NCBI GenBank assembly: GCA_963663275.1 | Contig: OY760183.1 | Location: 3,168,001-3,232,000, forward strand | Length of the DNA stretch: 64,000 nucleotides | Direction: 5' to 3' | Source of the DNA: Chloroflexota bacterium | Lineage (GTDB): Bacteria > Chloroflexota > UBA11872 > VXOZ01 | Part shown: positions 37,163-47,828 of the stretch, piece by piece | How the letters are laid out: each line of letters begins with the position of its first letter | How positions within the stretch are numbered: position 1 is the first letter of the stretch | Made by a program: the position numbers and the translations under genes | The notes under the pieces: model-generated | What the model saw: only the letters and a program-made list of their open reading frames with translations | The model's database searches: none | Told to the model about the DNA's origin: nothing

Positions 37163-37425
37163 TCCGGTAGCGCAGGTTTGCAACCTGCGCCCTCCCCTGT
37201 TTCGACCGGTAGCGTAGGTTTGCAACCTGCGTCGCGGGTGTTTGCAGGGCTGCGTCGCGGGTGCTTCCACGGCCCGCGAAAACCGTTCGTGCTGAGTGGG
37301 TCGAAGCATGAACGGTTTTCGCGTACAACCTACGGCTCATCCGTTCACCCTTCGACACGCTCAGGGCGAACGGATGAGCCTCGCCGCTGCGCGAACGGAT
37401 GAGCTTCGCCGCTTTGCGAACGGAT
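37163..37425. repeat. Cluster of REP-like palindromes (GGTAGCGCAGGTTTGCAACCTGCGC x2; CCGTTC..CCTTCGAC..GCTCAGGGCGAACGG family)
   Basis: Repeated hairpins between convergent genes; same families at 47538, 47835, 57230 and 59535. Confidence 0.75.
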
Positions 37426-37459
37426 AATGCTCGGCGACAGCGCCCGTGCGCACTCCACC

Positions 37460-37882
37460 TCAGCCGCCCTCCTGCGCGAAGAGGAGAATGTGGCCGTTGC
37501 AGTCTTCGATTTCGAACTCGCGCAGTCCCCAGGGCTTTGTAACGGGGCCGTCCGCGTACTCCGGCCTGAGCGTGACTCCCCGCCGCCGGTATTCCGCAAA
37601 CAACGCATCGATGTTCACACAGTGGATATAGGTATACCCGGCCACGGTCGGCACCGCGCCGTGCCGCCGCCGGTAGCCAGTGAAACGCATCCGCTGCGGA
37701 CTCTTGCCTCCCCCGCCGCCGATGGAGACGCGGGCGTGTCCGCCGCGCGCCGTATCCACGAAGTCAAGCGTGAAGCCGAGAATCTCGCAGTACCACGCCG
37801 CGGTGGCTTCAACGTCCGCGACTTCCAACACGGGCTGTAGGCCGTAGAACCCGTACCGTTCGGCGTCGATGGGCGCGTTCAT
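37460..37882 (-). CDS. VOC / glyoxalase-bleomycin resistance family protein
   Basis: PVLEVADVEATAAWYCEILGF; KPWGLREFEIEDCNGHILLF. Confidence 0.85.
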   Translation of the reverse strand: MNAPIDAERYGFYGLQPVLEVADVEATAAWYCEILGFTLDFVDTARGGHARVSIGGGGGKSPQRMRFTGYRRRHGAVPTVAGYTYIHCVNIDALFAEYRRRGVTLRPEYADGPVTKPWGLREFEIEDCNGHILLFAQEGG

Positions 37883-37929
37883 AGAACCTTTCCTGGGTCT
37901 TGGAATGGATCTAAACTGCCAATTTGCGG

Positions 37930-39012
37930 TTATTCCTCAGGCTGGAACGGCTTCCCCAGCCGGATGACGCGCTCGGCCTTGGCGTACCAGCCCTGGGGCG
38001 CGTAGTCCGACGTGTGCAAGTAGCATTGCACGCGGACATCGGCGCTGCCGGCCGTAAACGTCAAGCGGCGGCTCATGGGCAGGGTGGTGCGTCCCGCGTG
38101 ATGGCGCGCGAGCGCGGCGCAGTTGACGAAATTCACCCCCCACTTGCGCTCCACGTGCGACCGTCCGCCGTAGCGGTCGTCGGGATGGGTGTGGGTATGG
38201 CCGCCAAGCCAGAGGTCGATCGCCCCCGGCCGCGCCGCCAGGTAACGCTCGAACGCCCGCGCGTCCGGCTGGTCGTCCAGGAAGTACAGATATGACGCGC
38301 CCTCCGGTCCGCCGTCGGCAAAGTAGCCGTGGTAGTGGCTCTGCCATGCGCCGTTCTCGTCCCGGCGGTAGCCCTCCCAGGGACCGGACGCCACAGTCGT
38401 CTCTTTCAACATGTGGTGATGCGCGGAGACGATGATGCAGTCCGGGTTCGCCTCCACCAACCCCCGCCACCAGGCAAAGGTCTCGCTTGTCACCGCGCCT
38501 GAGGGGTAGCCGCCGCCGCGCGGGTTGCGTCCCACCGGCGGGCAAAGATCGTTGCGGTCGCTCATCATCAGGAAGAGCAGGTTGCCGATGCGAAAGGCGT
38601 ACCGCTCCCACGTGCCCTCAACCGGATACGGACGCCGCGCCGCATCCACGCCGGAGTGTTGCGAATACTCACTCGTGGGATCAACCCATTTGCGGAACCA
38701 CCACTGGGTCGGCTCGGTGTGGAACGTGGCGTCGTGATTGCCCGCCAGGTTGTAGAAGTGTTCGCGGCGATGCCGTTCCGCCGCGCCAAACTGCCGCACC
38801 ACTTCTTCACCCTCTTCATCATCCGGCGAGCCCTGGTTGCCGGAAAGATCGCCCAGGTGCAGCATGACGTCCCAATCGAACGGCGGGCCGCCCGCATTGC
38901 CGCCGCGCTCCGACTGCCGGATCGCCTCGGCCAGGCTCTCCCGGCCAAATCGCTTGTCGGTACCCACGTGCGCGCAGCCGGTGGCCCAGACCGAGAAGGT
39001 CTTGCCTGTCAT
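37930..39012 (-). CDS. Calcineurin-like metallophosphoesterase-fold protein
   Basis: LGDLS, GNHD, HHH, GHTH motifs; first motif atypical (GCAH). Confidence 0.7.
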   Translation of the reverse strand: MTGKTFSVWATGCAHVGTDKRFGRESLAEAIRQSERGGNAGGPPFDWDVMLHLGDLSGNQGSPDDEEGEEVVRQFGAAERHRREHFYNLAGNHDATFHTEPTQWWFRKWVDPTSEYSQHSGVDAARRPYPVEGTWERYAFRIGNLLFLMMSDRNDLCPPVGRNPRGGGYPSGAVTSETFAWWRGLVEANPDCIIVSAHHHMLKETTVASGPWEGYRRDENGAWQSHYHGYFADGGPEGASYLYFLDDQPDARAFERYLAARPGAIDLWLGGHTHTHPDDRYGGRSHVERKWGVNFVNCAALARHHAGRTTLPMSRRLTFTAGSADVRVQCYLHTSDYAPQGWYAKAERVIRLGKPFQPEE

Positions 39013-39309
39013 GTTTCTCCCTTCACCCGCCGCAAGCCGGATGAACCGGCAATGAAAACCGAACTCGCATCGTTATGTAAAGATAATCGTCCGCAGCCGG
39101 CGCCGGACGAGCGTAGCTATGCGATGTACTTTTACCGCTTCCAGCGTGCGAGCACACTGCCGACCGGCTTCTTCATGGTAAACGCACCTTCCAGAGGCCG
39201 CAAAGACATCCCCTCCGAGAATCGCTATCATAAGGGACAGCAAGCGCGCCGCGCAGGGCGCGGCCAGGCAGAGGCGTCGTTTCCCACACCCTCACGGAGC
39301 GGGCGCGGC

Positions 39310-40932
39310 ATGAATTCAGAATCTCCAGTCGGGCATTCCGGGCGCAGTCGCGGCAACGCGCCGGCAGGCTGGCTGGGCGGGAAGTTTCTCTCAATCGACC
39401 AAGCGGTCTGGCTCATCCAGGACGGCGCCGCCATCGGCGTGGGCGGTTTCGTCGGCATTGGGCATCCGGAGGCGCTCTCCGCCGCTGTCGAGCGGCGCTT
39501 TCTGGAGACCGGCGAGCCGCGCAACCTCACGCTCATGTACGGCGCGGGCCAGGGCGACCGCCAGACGCGCGGCCTGAATCACTTCGGCCACGAAGGGCTG
39601 GTCAAGCGCATTATCGGCGGGCACTGGGGCCTCGCGCCCAAACTGTGCCAACTCGTGCTCGACGGCAAGATCGAAGGGTACAACTTCCCCCAGGGCGTCA
39701 TCGTCCACCTCTTCCGCGACATCGCCGCCGGCAAGCCGGGCACCGTCACGCACGTCGGTCTCAACACGTTCGTAGATCCGCGTCTGGAAGGCGGGCGCGT
39801 CAATCCGGCCTCCACGCCGGAAGAACTCGTGCAACTCATCGAACTGAACGGAAAAGAGCACCTCTTCTATCCGCGCATCGAGCTTGACGTCGGCTTCATT
39901 CGCGGCACCACCGCCGATCCCGGCGGCAACATCAGCATGGAGCGCGAGGCGGTCTACGGCGAGATGCTCAGCGTCGCCCTGGCCGTGCACAACTGCGGCG
40001 GCATGGTCATCGCGCAGGTGGAGCGCACAATCGACACGCCGCTGCCCACGCGCGAAATCCGCATTCCCGGCATACTCGTGGACGTGGTCGCCGTGGCCGA
40101 CCCCGCCGAGCACTGGCAGACCTTCAGCGAGGACTTCAATCCGGCGTACGTATCCGACACCAGCGGCGCGCTGCCGGAAGTCCCGCCGCACCCGCTCGAC
40201 GCGCGCAAGGTCATCGCCCGCCGCGCCGCGCTGGAACTCCGCAAGGGCGACGTGGTCAATCTCGGCATCGGCCTGCCGGAGAGCGTGGCGGCGGTGGCGG
40301 CGGAAGAAGGCATAATCGACGATCTGGTGATGACCGTGGAAAGCGGCGCGATTGGCGGCGTCCCCGCGGGCGGCCTCTCCTTCGGCGCTTCGTCTATGCC
40401 CACCGCGCTGATCGACTCGCCCTACATGTTCGACTTCTACGACGGCGGCGGGCTGGACATCGCCTGCCTGGGCGCGGCGCAGATCGACGCCGCCGGCAAC
40501 GTGAACGTCAGCCGCTTCGGCAGCGTCGTGCCGGGCGCCGGCGGCTTCGTGAACATCAGCCACAACGCGAAACGGGTCGTCTTCTGCGGCACCTTCACGG
40601 CCGGCGGCCTGGACGTCCGCATCCAGGACGACGCGCTGCGCATCGTGCGCGAGGGCGCGCATCCCAAGCTGGTGCACGCCGTGGAACAGGTCACCTTCAA
40701 CGGCGCGTATGCCCGCTCGCTGGGGCGCGAGATCATCTACGTCACCGAACGGGCGGTCTTTACGCTTACCGATGACGGGCTTACACTCACGGAGATTGCG
40801 CCCGGCGTGGACTTAGAGAGAGACCTGCTGGCCCACATGGCGTTCAAACCCCATATCGCGCCCGCATTGCGTCCTATGGACGCGCGCTTGTTCCGCGACG
40901 CGCCGATGGACCTGGCAGGGGCGTTCTCGTAA
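39310..40932 (+). CDS. Acyl-CoA:acetate/propionate CoA-transferase (YdiF/Pct type, fused alpha-beta)
   Basis: [44 protein letters not shown]. Confidence 0.92.
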   Translation: MNSESPVGHSGRSRGNAPAGWLGGKFLSIDQAVWLIQDGAAIGVGGFVGIGHPEALSAAVERRFLETGEPRNLTLMYGAGQGDRQTRGLNHFGHEGLVKRIIGGHWGLAPKLCQLVLDGKIEGYNFPQGVIVHLFRDIAAGKPGTVTHVGLNTFVDPRLEGGRVNPASTPEELVQLIELNGKEHLFYPRIELDVGFIRGTTADPGGNISMEREAVYGEMLSVALAVHNCGGMVIAQVERTIDTPLPTREIRIPGILVDVVAVADPAEHWQTFSEDFNPAYVSDTSGALPEVPPHPLDARKVIARRAALELRKGDVVNLGIGLPESVAAVAAEEGIIDDLVMTVESGAIGGVPAGGLSFGASSMPTALIDSPYMFDFYDGGGLDIACLGAAQIDAAGNVNVSRFGSVVPGAGGFVNISHNAKRVVFCGTFTAGGLDVRIQDDALRIVREGAHPKLVHAVEQVTFNGAYARSLGREIIYVTERAVFTLTDDGLTLTEIAPGVDLERDLLAHMAFKPHIAPALRPMDARLFRDAPMDLAGAFS

Positions 40933-41054
40933 GTTCGAATTGGCCCGCGATGAGCGCCATGCGCGCCCGCCGGCGCTCTGCAATAGACTACTATCTGAAC
41001 CAGCGAGAACGTGAACAGGCTCCAGCGAGCGCCTTCACGCAACAGGAGTTGAAA

Positions 41055-42248
41055 GTGGACAATCGACAGCCGGTAATCCTCGGAGCCGTCCGCACGCCGA
41101 TTGGCAAGTTTGGCGGCGCCTTTAGCGGGCTTAGAGCGCCGGATCTGGGCGTGGTCGCGGCGCAGGCGGCGTTGGCGCGAGCCGACGTTTCGCCTGACGA
41201 CGTGCAGGTCTCGCTCTTCGGTCAGGTCTTGCAGGGCGGCAGCGGCATGAACCCCGCGCGCCAGGTCGGCATTCGCGCCGGCGTGCCTGAAACGGCGCCG
41301 TCAATGACCGTAAACCAGGTCTGCGCATCGGGTTTGCAGTCCGCGGCGCTGGCCGGACAGTATATCCGCCTGGGTGAAATTGACGTGGCGCTGGCCGGCG
41401 GCATGGAGAGCATGAGCAATGCGCCCTACGTTCTGCCGGAAGCGCGCTGGGGCGGCACGTTGGGTCATGCGACGCTCGTCGATACGCTGCTTGGCGACGG
41501 TCTTTGGGACGCTTTTGAAGACTGCCACATGGCAAACACCGCCGATACGCTGGCGCAAGAGTACGGCATTTCCCGCGAGGCGCAGGACCGGTTCGCCTGG
41601 GAGAGCCAGCAGCGTTACGCGGCCGCGGCCGGGGCCTGCCGCGTGGCCGCCGAAATCGCGCCGGTTTCCGTGCCGCAGCGCCGGGGACCGCCGCGCGTGG
41701 TCGAAGACGATGAATACCCGCGACCCGACACAACCACCGCAGCCCTGGCGTCGCTGCGGCCCGCGTTCAAGGGTGTTGACGCTATCACGGCCGGCAACGC
41801 TTCCGGCATCAACGACGGCGCCGCCGCCCTGGTGGTCGCTTCGGCCGAGTGGGCCGAAGCCCACCGGCGCCGGCCGCTGGCTACCCTCACGGCGGTTGCC
41901 ACCACCGGCGTCGCGCCTCTGCGCATGGGCATCGGACCGGCAAAGGCTATCCGCATCCTGCTCGAAAAGACCGGACTAACGCTTGCAGAAATAGATCTCT
42001 TGGAGATCAACGAAGCCTTCGCCGCGCAAGTGCTGGCGGTGGAAGCCGAACTGAAGTGGGACCGGGCGCGGGTGAATGTCAACGGCGGCGCGATTGCGGT
42101 CGGTCATCCCATCGGCGCCAGCGGCGCCCGCATTCTCGTTACGCTCATCCACGAAATGCAGCGCAGGAACGTCCGCCGGGGTATTGCCGCGCTGTGCGCC
42201 GGCGGCGGCATGGGCATCGCCGCCCTGGTGGAACGAGAGGTGCGCTAG
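41055..42248 (+). CDS. Acetyl-CoA C-acetyltransferase (thiolase)
   Basis: VNQVCASG, GGMESMS, NASGINDGAAA, NEAFA, GHPIGASG, LCAGGGMG. Confidence 0.96.
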   Translation: MDNRQPVILGAVRTPIGKFGGAFSGLRAPDLGVVAAQAALARADVSPDDVQVSLFGQVLQGGSGMNPARQVGIRAGVPETAPSMTVNQVCASGLQSAALAGQYIRLGEIDVALAGGMESMSNAPYVLPEARWGGTLGHATLVDTLLGDGLWDAFEDCHMANTADTLAQEYGISREAQDRFAWESQQRYAAAAGACRVAAEIAPVSVPQRRGPPRVVEDDEYPRPDTTTAALASLRPAFKGVDAITAGNASGINDGAAALVVASAEWAEAHRRRPLATLTAVATTGVAPLRMGIGPAKAIRILLEKTGLTLAEIDLLEINEAFAAQVLAVEAELKWDRARVNVNGGAIAVGHPIGASGARILVTLIHEMQRRNVRRGIAALCAGGGMGIAALVEREVR

Positions 42249-42252
42249 TTCC

Positions 42253-43011
42253 ATGAGACTGGAAGGCAAACACGCGCTCATCACCGGCGCTTCCCAGGGC
42301 ATCGGCCGCGCCACCGCCCTCGCGCTTGCCCGCGCGGGCGCGGACGTGGCGATAAACCACTATCCCGACGCGGACGGCGTGCACCGGCGCAACGCGGAAG
42401 CGGTGGCGGCGGAAGTGGCGGCTATGGGACGCCGGGCGCTGGTCATCGGCGCGGACGTGGCGCTAGAGGAGCCGTCCGCCGCCATGTTCGCGCGGGCCGC
42501 GCAGGAGTTCGGCGGCATTGACGTGCTGGTCAACAACGCCGGCATCTTGCGGGACGCAACCCTGCGCAACTTGACCCGCGAGCACTGGGACGAGGTGCTG
42601 GACGTGAACCTGGGCAGCATGTTCAATTGCTCCAAGCCCGCGGCCATCCACATGCGCGAACGCGAAACGGGTAGCATCGTGAACGTGGCGTCGGTGATCG
42701 CCCTGATGGGCAATATCGGCCAGACTAACTACGCGGCGGCCAAAGCCGGCGCGATCGGCTTTACAAAGTCCCTGGCGCGGGAACTGGCACGGTACGGCGT
42801 GCGCGTCAATGCCGTTGCGCCCGGCTTCATGGATACCGACATGACCCGCGCCATCGACGACGATATCCGCGAGCAGGTGCGCCAACAAATCCCGCTCGGG
42901 CACTTTGGCCGGGCCGAAGACGTGGCCGCCGCGATTCTCTTCCTGGCCTCCGACGACGCCCGCTACATCACCGGCGAGGTGCTGAGCGTCAACGGTGGCT
43001 GGTATATGTGA
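42253..43011 (+). CDS. SDR, 3-oxoacyl-ACP / acetoacetyl-CoA reductase (FabG/PhaB-like)
   Basis: TGASQGIG, NNAGI, GQTNYAAAK, VNGG. Confidence 0.93.
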   Translation: MRLEGKHALITGASQGIGRATALALARAGADVAINHYPDADGVHRRNAEAVAAEVAAMGRRALVIGADVALEEPSAAMFARAAQEFGGIDVLVNNAGILRDATLRNLTREHWDEVLDVNLGSMFNCSKPAAIHMRERETGSIVNVASVIALMGNIGQTNYAAAKAGAIGFTKSLARELARYGVRVNAVAPGFMDTDMTRAIDDDIREQVRQQIPLGHFGRAEDVAAAILFLASDDARYITGEVLSVNGGWYM

Positions 43012-43103
43012 AAATCGATCATGCGGTCTCTCTCCCGTAGCGCGGGAGCTCGTCCTCCGCCCCGCCGCAAAAACCGCGCCTGGAGCACGAAAGGACTCAT
43101 CCG

Positions 43104-43766
43104 ATGCTCATCGATACCGCTCAATTCAAGACGAACCATCTCGCCGACGACGCCGCGCTGCCGCCGGAGAAGACCGCGCTCATCATCGTGGACATGATGC
43201 GGCGCTTCTGCGATCCGGCTTGGTTGTCCGGCGGCAACCCGGAGAGCGAGCGTTGGTTTACGGACGAATTGCAGACCGTCTTTCCCAACCTGCGCGCCAT
43301 CCTCGACGCCTTCCGCGCCTCCGGCGGTCTGGTGGCGCACGTCGTCAACGCCAAGTGGACCGCTGAGGCCCGTGAAGCCGTGCCCTACCAGCGCGGCCGC
43401 GACTACGACTACTTCGATTCCCACGCCATGTCCGTCATCGACGAACTCGCGCCGCAACGCGACGAGATCGTCGTCAGAAAACTAACCAGTTCCGCCTTCA
43501 CCGGCACCGGCCTTGACTACATGCTCAACAACGCCGGCATTCGCAACGTCGTCCTCACCGGCCAATACGGCGGCGCGTGCGTCTTCTACAGCCTCATCCA
43601 GAGCCGCGAATACGGCTTCACCAACTACTGGCCCTGCGACGCCATCCTGCACGCTTCAGCCGTGGACCAGGCCATGATTACGCCGCTGGTAGGCACGCGC
43701 TGGGCGACGCTGGCTACGTCGGCGCAGATCGCGCGGGCGGTGGCCAAACCAGGCGCTTCGGCATAG
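43104..43766 (+). CDS. Cysteine hydrolase (isochorismatase family)
   Basis: TALIIVDM, K..SSAFTGT.L, catalytic CV. Confidence 0.85.
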   Translation: MLIDTAQFKTNHLADDAALPPEKTALIIVDMMRRFCDPAWLSGGNPESERWFTDELQTVFPNLRAILDAFRASGGLVAHVVNAKWTAEAREAVPYQRGRDYDYFDSHAMSVIDELAPQRDEIVVRKLTSSAFTGTGLDYMLNNAGIRNVVLTGQYGGACVFYSLIQSREYGFTNYWPCDAILHASAVDQAMITPLVGTRWATLATSAQIARAVAKPGASA

Positions 43767-43789
43767 ACATTCCCTTCACGCCTGTTGCC

Positions 43790-43818
43790 TTGACACTCAG
43801 CACACGCGCTGCTAGTCT
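43790..43818 (+). promoter_or_regulatory. Sigma70 promoter for the solute-binding protein
   Basis: TTGACA-N17-TAGTCT with TG extension. Confidence 0.6.
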
Positions 43819-43861
43819 GCAACCATCCGATTGGTTGCAGCATCCACGAAGGAGCACTCCC

Positions 43862-45247
43862 ATGACACGACGAAAAATGCTACTCGGCCTCGGTTCCGGC
43901 GCCGGTTTCGCGCTGCTCGCCGCCTGCGGCCAGGCAACGACCATGACCGATGAGGCGCCCAAGGCCGAAGAGAAGATGGAGCCCAAGGCGGAGGAGAAGC
44001 CCGTCGCTCCTGAAACCTATGAAATCCGGGTCTTCACGACTTCGCGGTGGGATCTCAGCCAAGGCATTGGCCTGGAGGTGGTGCAGGAACTCGAGGAAGC
44101 CAATCCCGGCATAACAGTTAATGCCACCGTTGAATCCGGCAACCGCATGGATAAGATGGTCACGTCCGTGGCCGCCGGCTTCGGCCTTGACATCGGCCAG
44201 GCAGGCTCGTGGCAGTCGCAGACCCTCGCCGTCCTCAATGTTCCGGTGGGGCTCGACTCCTACATGGCAACCTCAAACGTCATCAAGAAAGAGGAGATTT
44301 GGGAATCGCTGCGCGGCGACCTGGAGTATAAGAGCGTAGTGCAGGGCATGCCGTTCGGCCCGGACATCCGCTTCCTCTACGTGGGCAATAAAGCCTACCT
44401 CGATGCGGGACTTGACCCCGAAAGTCCGCCTGCATCGTGGACGGATCTTGAGGACGCCATAGCCAAGATCTATACCGTTAGCGGCGACAAGATCGAGAAA
44501 CTCGGCTTCGACCCGTTGCGCGGCACCGGCGGCAACCACCTCTGGATGGTGCCCATGTGGCAGTTGGGTGGGGAGACCACAACGCCGGAAGGCAAGGTCA
44601 GCCTGAATACGCCCGAGGCGGAAGAGGCCCTGAACTGGCAGAAGACCAACATCTTCGATGCCCAGGGCGGCTACAACCAAGTGTTGGAGTTCTGGGGCGA
44701 GGCGGCGCGCTACCCTGCCTACTTCCAGCCCTTCTTCCAAGGCGTGGTCGGCAATATGCACCTCACCAATTCCGAGCGTGCCGGCCAGATCCTGCCTAAC
44801 CAACCGGACTTCGAGTTCTCTTATGGCCCCTATCCCGTGCCTGAAGGCGGGCGCCAGGCCGGCTACGGCGGTTGCCACACCTGGTTCATTACGGTGGACT
44901 CCGCCCAGCCCGACAAGGCGTGGTTGTTCATGGAGCACTTCGGCAGCCGGGACGTGAACATCCGCTGGGCGCTGCACTTCGACCGTCTGCCCATCCGCTC
45001 CGACGTGGCCGATTCTGAGGAGTACCACCAAGGCGACGACTTCGTGCGCTTCTCCGCCAACATGATGCAACACCGCAAATTCGTCATTCCCTTGCCGGGC
45101 GCGCCGCAGGTGCTCCGGTTCGTCAACGGCTTCATTCCGGACGTCATGGCCGGAAACATTACGATCCCCGAAGCGCTCAAGGAAGCCAACGAGCAGATCC
45201 AGACCATTCTGGACGAGTTCCTGGCGGAGCACGGCGAATCGCGGTAG
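43862..45247 (+). CDS. ABC transporter sugar-type extracellular solute-binding lipoprotein
   Basis: TRRK...LLAAC lipobox; family-1 SBP features (P.SW.DL, AW.FM). Confidence 0.85.
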   Translation: MTRRKMLLGLGSGAGFALLAACGQATTMTDEAPKAEEKMEPKAEEKPVAPETYEIRVFTTSRWDLSQGIGLEVVQELEEANPGITVNATVESGNRMDKMVTSVAAGFGLDIGQAGSWQSQTLAVLNVPVGLDSYMATSNVIKKEEIWESLRGDLEYKSVVQGMPFGPDIRFLYVGNKAYLDAGLDPESPPASWTDLEDAIAKIYTVSGDKIEKLGFDPLRGTGGNHLWMVPMWQLGGETTTPEGKVSLNTPEAEEALNWQKTNIFDAQGGYNQVLEFWGEAARYPAYFQPFFQGVVGNMHLTNSERAGQILPNQPDFEFSYGPYPVPEGGRQAGYGGCHTWFITVDSAQPDKAWLFMEHFGSRDVNIRWALHFDRLPIRSDVADSEEYHQGDDFVRFSANMMQHRKFVIPLPGAPQVLRFVNGFIPDVMAGNITIPEALKEANEQIQTILDEFLAEHGESR

Positions 45248-45494
45248 AGCACTCGCGCTCACACACACCGGCGCGGCAACCGGGAGGCGGCGCGGTCTCC
45301 CGGTTGCGCAAAGCCGCCTGGTTTCAGAGACGTCGCCCGGGCTTCGGCTGCCACGCGAAGAAGATTCGCGTGGCATAATGAAGTTATCTGTCCACACGCG
45401 GCCTGGGACGAGAGTAACCGTTCGAGTGGGTAACGCAGGTGTGCGGCGCCAAAGTGGATCAGGCGCAAGACGCCGAGCAAGGGAAGCAAGGCCG

Positions 45495-46034
45495 ATGTCA
45501 GCAATTGACACCCACCAAGCCTTTGAAATGTTCATAGGCGCGGGCTTCAGCAAGGAGAAGGCCGACGCCTTGGTCAAGACTATGGGCGTCTCCTTCGACT
45601 CCCTGGCGACCAAGACCGACCTGGAAGTCCTGCGGGCTGCTACAAAGTCCGAACTGGACGCACATAGAGCCGCTATCAGTTCCGAACTAGAGGCGCACAG
45701 AGCCTCTACCAGATCCGACTTAGAGGCGCATAGAGTCGCTACCAAGGCGGACATCGAAGCCCTGGAGCAGCGATTAGACTCCCGTATGGAATCCCTGGAG
45801 CAACGCCTGGAGACCTATAGAGCGGAAGCCAAAGCGGACTTGGTAGCCTCGGAGCAGCGGATGGACGCGCGCTTCGAACTGATGAGCCGCGACATCCTGG
45901 CGTTGGAGCAACGTGTGGATGCTCGCTTGGACGCAATGCAGCAGCGCCTGACGATTCGCACCGGCGCCATGCTGTGCGCGGGATTCGGCTTGGTAATTGC
46001 GGTCCTGGTCGCGTTGGAACTGCTACCGCTCTAG
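45495..46034 (+). CDS. DUF1640/CCDC90-like coiled-coil protein with C-terminal TM anchor
   Basis: IDTH...AGFSKEKA..LV...LATKTDL; 11-aa repeats; LTIRTG + hydrophobic tail. Confidence 0.75.
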   Translation: MSAIDTHQAFEMFIGAGFSKEKADALVKTMGVSFDSLATKTDLEVLRAATKSELDAHRAAISSELEAHRASTRSDLEAHRVATKADIEALEQRLDSRMESLEQRLETYRAEAKADLVASEQRMDARFELMSRDILALEQRVDARLDAMQQRLTIRTGAMLCAGFGLVIAVLVALELLPL

Positions 46035-46094
46035 TGGCTGCGTACGGTTGGCAATCCCGCTGCCGCCGCTCCCAAGCCCGAGAGAGTTTAGCCA

Positions 46095-47258
46095 ATGACG
46101 TTGGATGGTACGCAAGCGCCGGATGACCCGCAATTGACGGGGACAGACGTCGACCCGTTGCGGCGGCGCTTATTCGAAGCCTACGACAACTGGCTCATGC
46201 GCCAGTGCCGCGCACGCTACGATGCCCGCGCCGCCCGCTGGCAGCGGGATTTCTCCGGCCCGGAGGCGTATTCCCGCTCCGTCGCGCCGAACCGGGAGCG
46301 CCTGCTCACCATGATCGGCGGCTGGCCCTGGGAGCGCGGCCCCCTGGAGCCCAGCATCGAGGAAATCGCCGCCACCGACGCCTACACCGCTTCCCGCGTC
46401 TTCTACACGTCCTTCGACGACGTGCGCGTGGACGCGATTCTCATTCGTCCTCACGGCCCTGGGCCGTTTCCGGCGGTGCTCGCCCAGCATGGCGTCAACC
46501 ACACGCCGGAGCAAATCTGCGGCTTTACCGAGCCCGAGCACAGCGCCGCCTACCACGAAATCGGCGTACGCCTCGCCCGGCACGGCTACGTGGTCATCGC
46601 GCCGCGCATGATCGGCGGCTACGGCGAAGACCGCTTCAACGTGCCCAACGTGCCCTCGCTGCGCCGGCACGAGCAAGGCCGCGCGCAGAACCAGATCCAC
46701 CGCAAGGCGATCCTCATCGGCCAGAGCATCCAGGCGCTGGAGTATTTTTCCCTCTCCCGCGCCGTGGACTACCTGGAAACCCTGCCGGAAGTGCAAAACG
46801 ACCGCATCGGCTTGTACGGCCTCTCCCGGGGCGGCCGGGCGGCGCTCTGGCTGGGCGCGCTTGAACAGCGGCTGCAAGCGGTCGTTTCGTCCGCGTGGTT
46901 CAACGAACGCTTCAGCAAGATGCTGCAGCCGGAGATAATCAAAAGCGGCGCGTTCATCGAGACTTCCTCCGAGTTTCAGTTCATTCCAGGCCTCTTTCAT
47001 GAATTCGGCGACGCCGACATTGCCTCGCTCATCTGCCCCCGCGCCTTCTTCGTGGAGGACGGCAAGCACGACCGCGCGGTCTATTGGCGGCACGCCATTC
47101 AGGAATTCACGCTGGTCGAAGAGACGTACGCGCAACTCGGCATACCGGAGAAGTGCGGCATCCGCATCCACGAGTTCGGCCACGAGACGGAACCCGAGGC
47201 GGAGATTACGGACATCCAGGCCGTGGCCTTTCTCGACCGCTGGCTGAAAACCGCGTAG
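46095..47258 (+). CDS. Alpha/beta hydrolase (dienelactone hydrolase-like)
   Basis: PFPAVLAQHG, RAVDYLETLPEV..DRIGLYGLSRGG, G..D, GHE. Confidence 0.85.
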   Translation: MTLDGTQAPDDPQLTGTDVDPLRRRLFEAYDNWLMRQCRARYDARAARWQRDFSGPEAYSRSVAPNRERLLTMIGGWPWERGPLEPSIEEIAATDAYTASRVFYTSFDDVRVDAILIRPHGPGPFPAVLAQHGVNHTPEQICGFTEPEHSAAYHEIGVRLARHGYVVIAPRMIGGYGEDRFNVPNVPSLRRHEQGRAQNQIHRKAILIGQSIQALEYFSLSRAVDYLETLPEVQNDRIGLYGLSRGGRAALWLGALEQRLQAVVSSAWFNERFSKMLQPEIIKSGAFIETSSEFQFIPGLFHEFGDADIASLICPRAFFVEDGKHDRAVYWRHAIQEFTLVEETYAQLGIPEKCGIRIHEFGHETEPEAEITDIQAVAFLDRWLKTA

Positions 47259-47300
47259 AATCGGGATCAGGCGGCCGGCGCAGAAGCGATTGGCGGAATC

Positions 47301-47828
47301 ATGCCGCGCATTCTCAACGTATTCATCGATCCCCACGTCACACTGCGGCGAGATGAAGCCCTGGATGACTGTCCCGGCAGCGACCGCGAGACGGTTGGCG
47401 ACCACAAGACTGATGGGGATCGCAATACCGGAAGCGACCGCGAGATCGGGATTGATCACATTTCCGATAGTGCTCACGGTTCCGACAGCGATCACAGTTC
47501 CGACAGCGCTCACAATCACGGTAGCGCTCACACTCCCGGTAGCGCAGGTTTGCAACCTGCGCCCGCGCGTGAAATGGACGTCCACGTTGCCGGGCTGGCC
47601 TGCGCCGGCATCTGCGCGCGGCGCACGCAAGCGGGCCTATCCGCCCTGCCGGGCGTGCGGGACGTGACCTTCGATCCCGACCACGACACTTTCACCCTGC
47701 GCTATCAGGGAAACGCGCCGGCGCACGGCGACGTCCAAGCGGCGGTACGCGCGCAGGTGATCGCCAAGCCGGCGCGCAAACTCCTGGCGTGGATCAGCCG
47801 CCCCTTCCGTCGCGCCGTGACCCCGTGA
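47301..47828 (+). CDS. Heavy-metal-associated (HMA-like) domain protein with His/Ser/Asp low-complexity N-terminus
   Basis: VAGLACAGICARR...LSALPGVRDV from ATG 47574; upstream 18-bp repeats; true start uncertain. Confidence 0.55.
   Translation: MPRILNVFIDPHVTLRRDEALDDCPGSDRETVGDHKTDGDRNTGSDREIGIDHISDSAHGSDSDHSSDSAHNHGSAHTPGSAGLQPAPAREMDVHVAGLACAGICARRTQAGLSALPGVRDVTFDPDHDTFTLRYQGNAPAHGDVQAAVRAQVIAKPARKLLAWISRPFRRAVTP

Noticed and set aside
38656-39309. N-terminal extension of the CoA-transferase to 758 aa
   Set aside because: Overlaps the divergent phosphoesterase gene; homology starts after ~39310.
47400-47535. CRISPR or iteron array
   Set aside because: Degenerate contiguous 18-bp units without spacers; no cas or rep gene.
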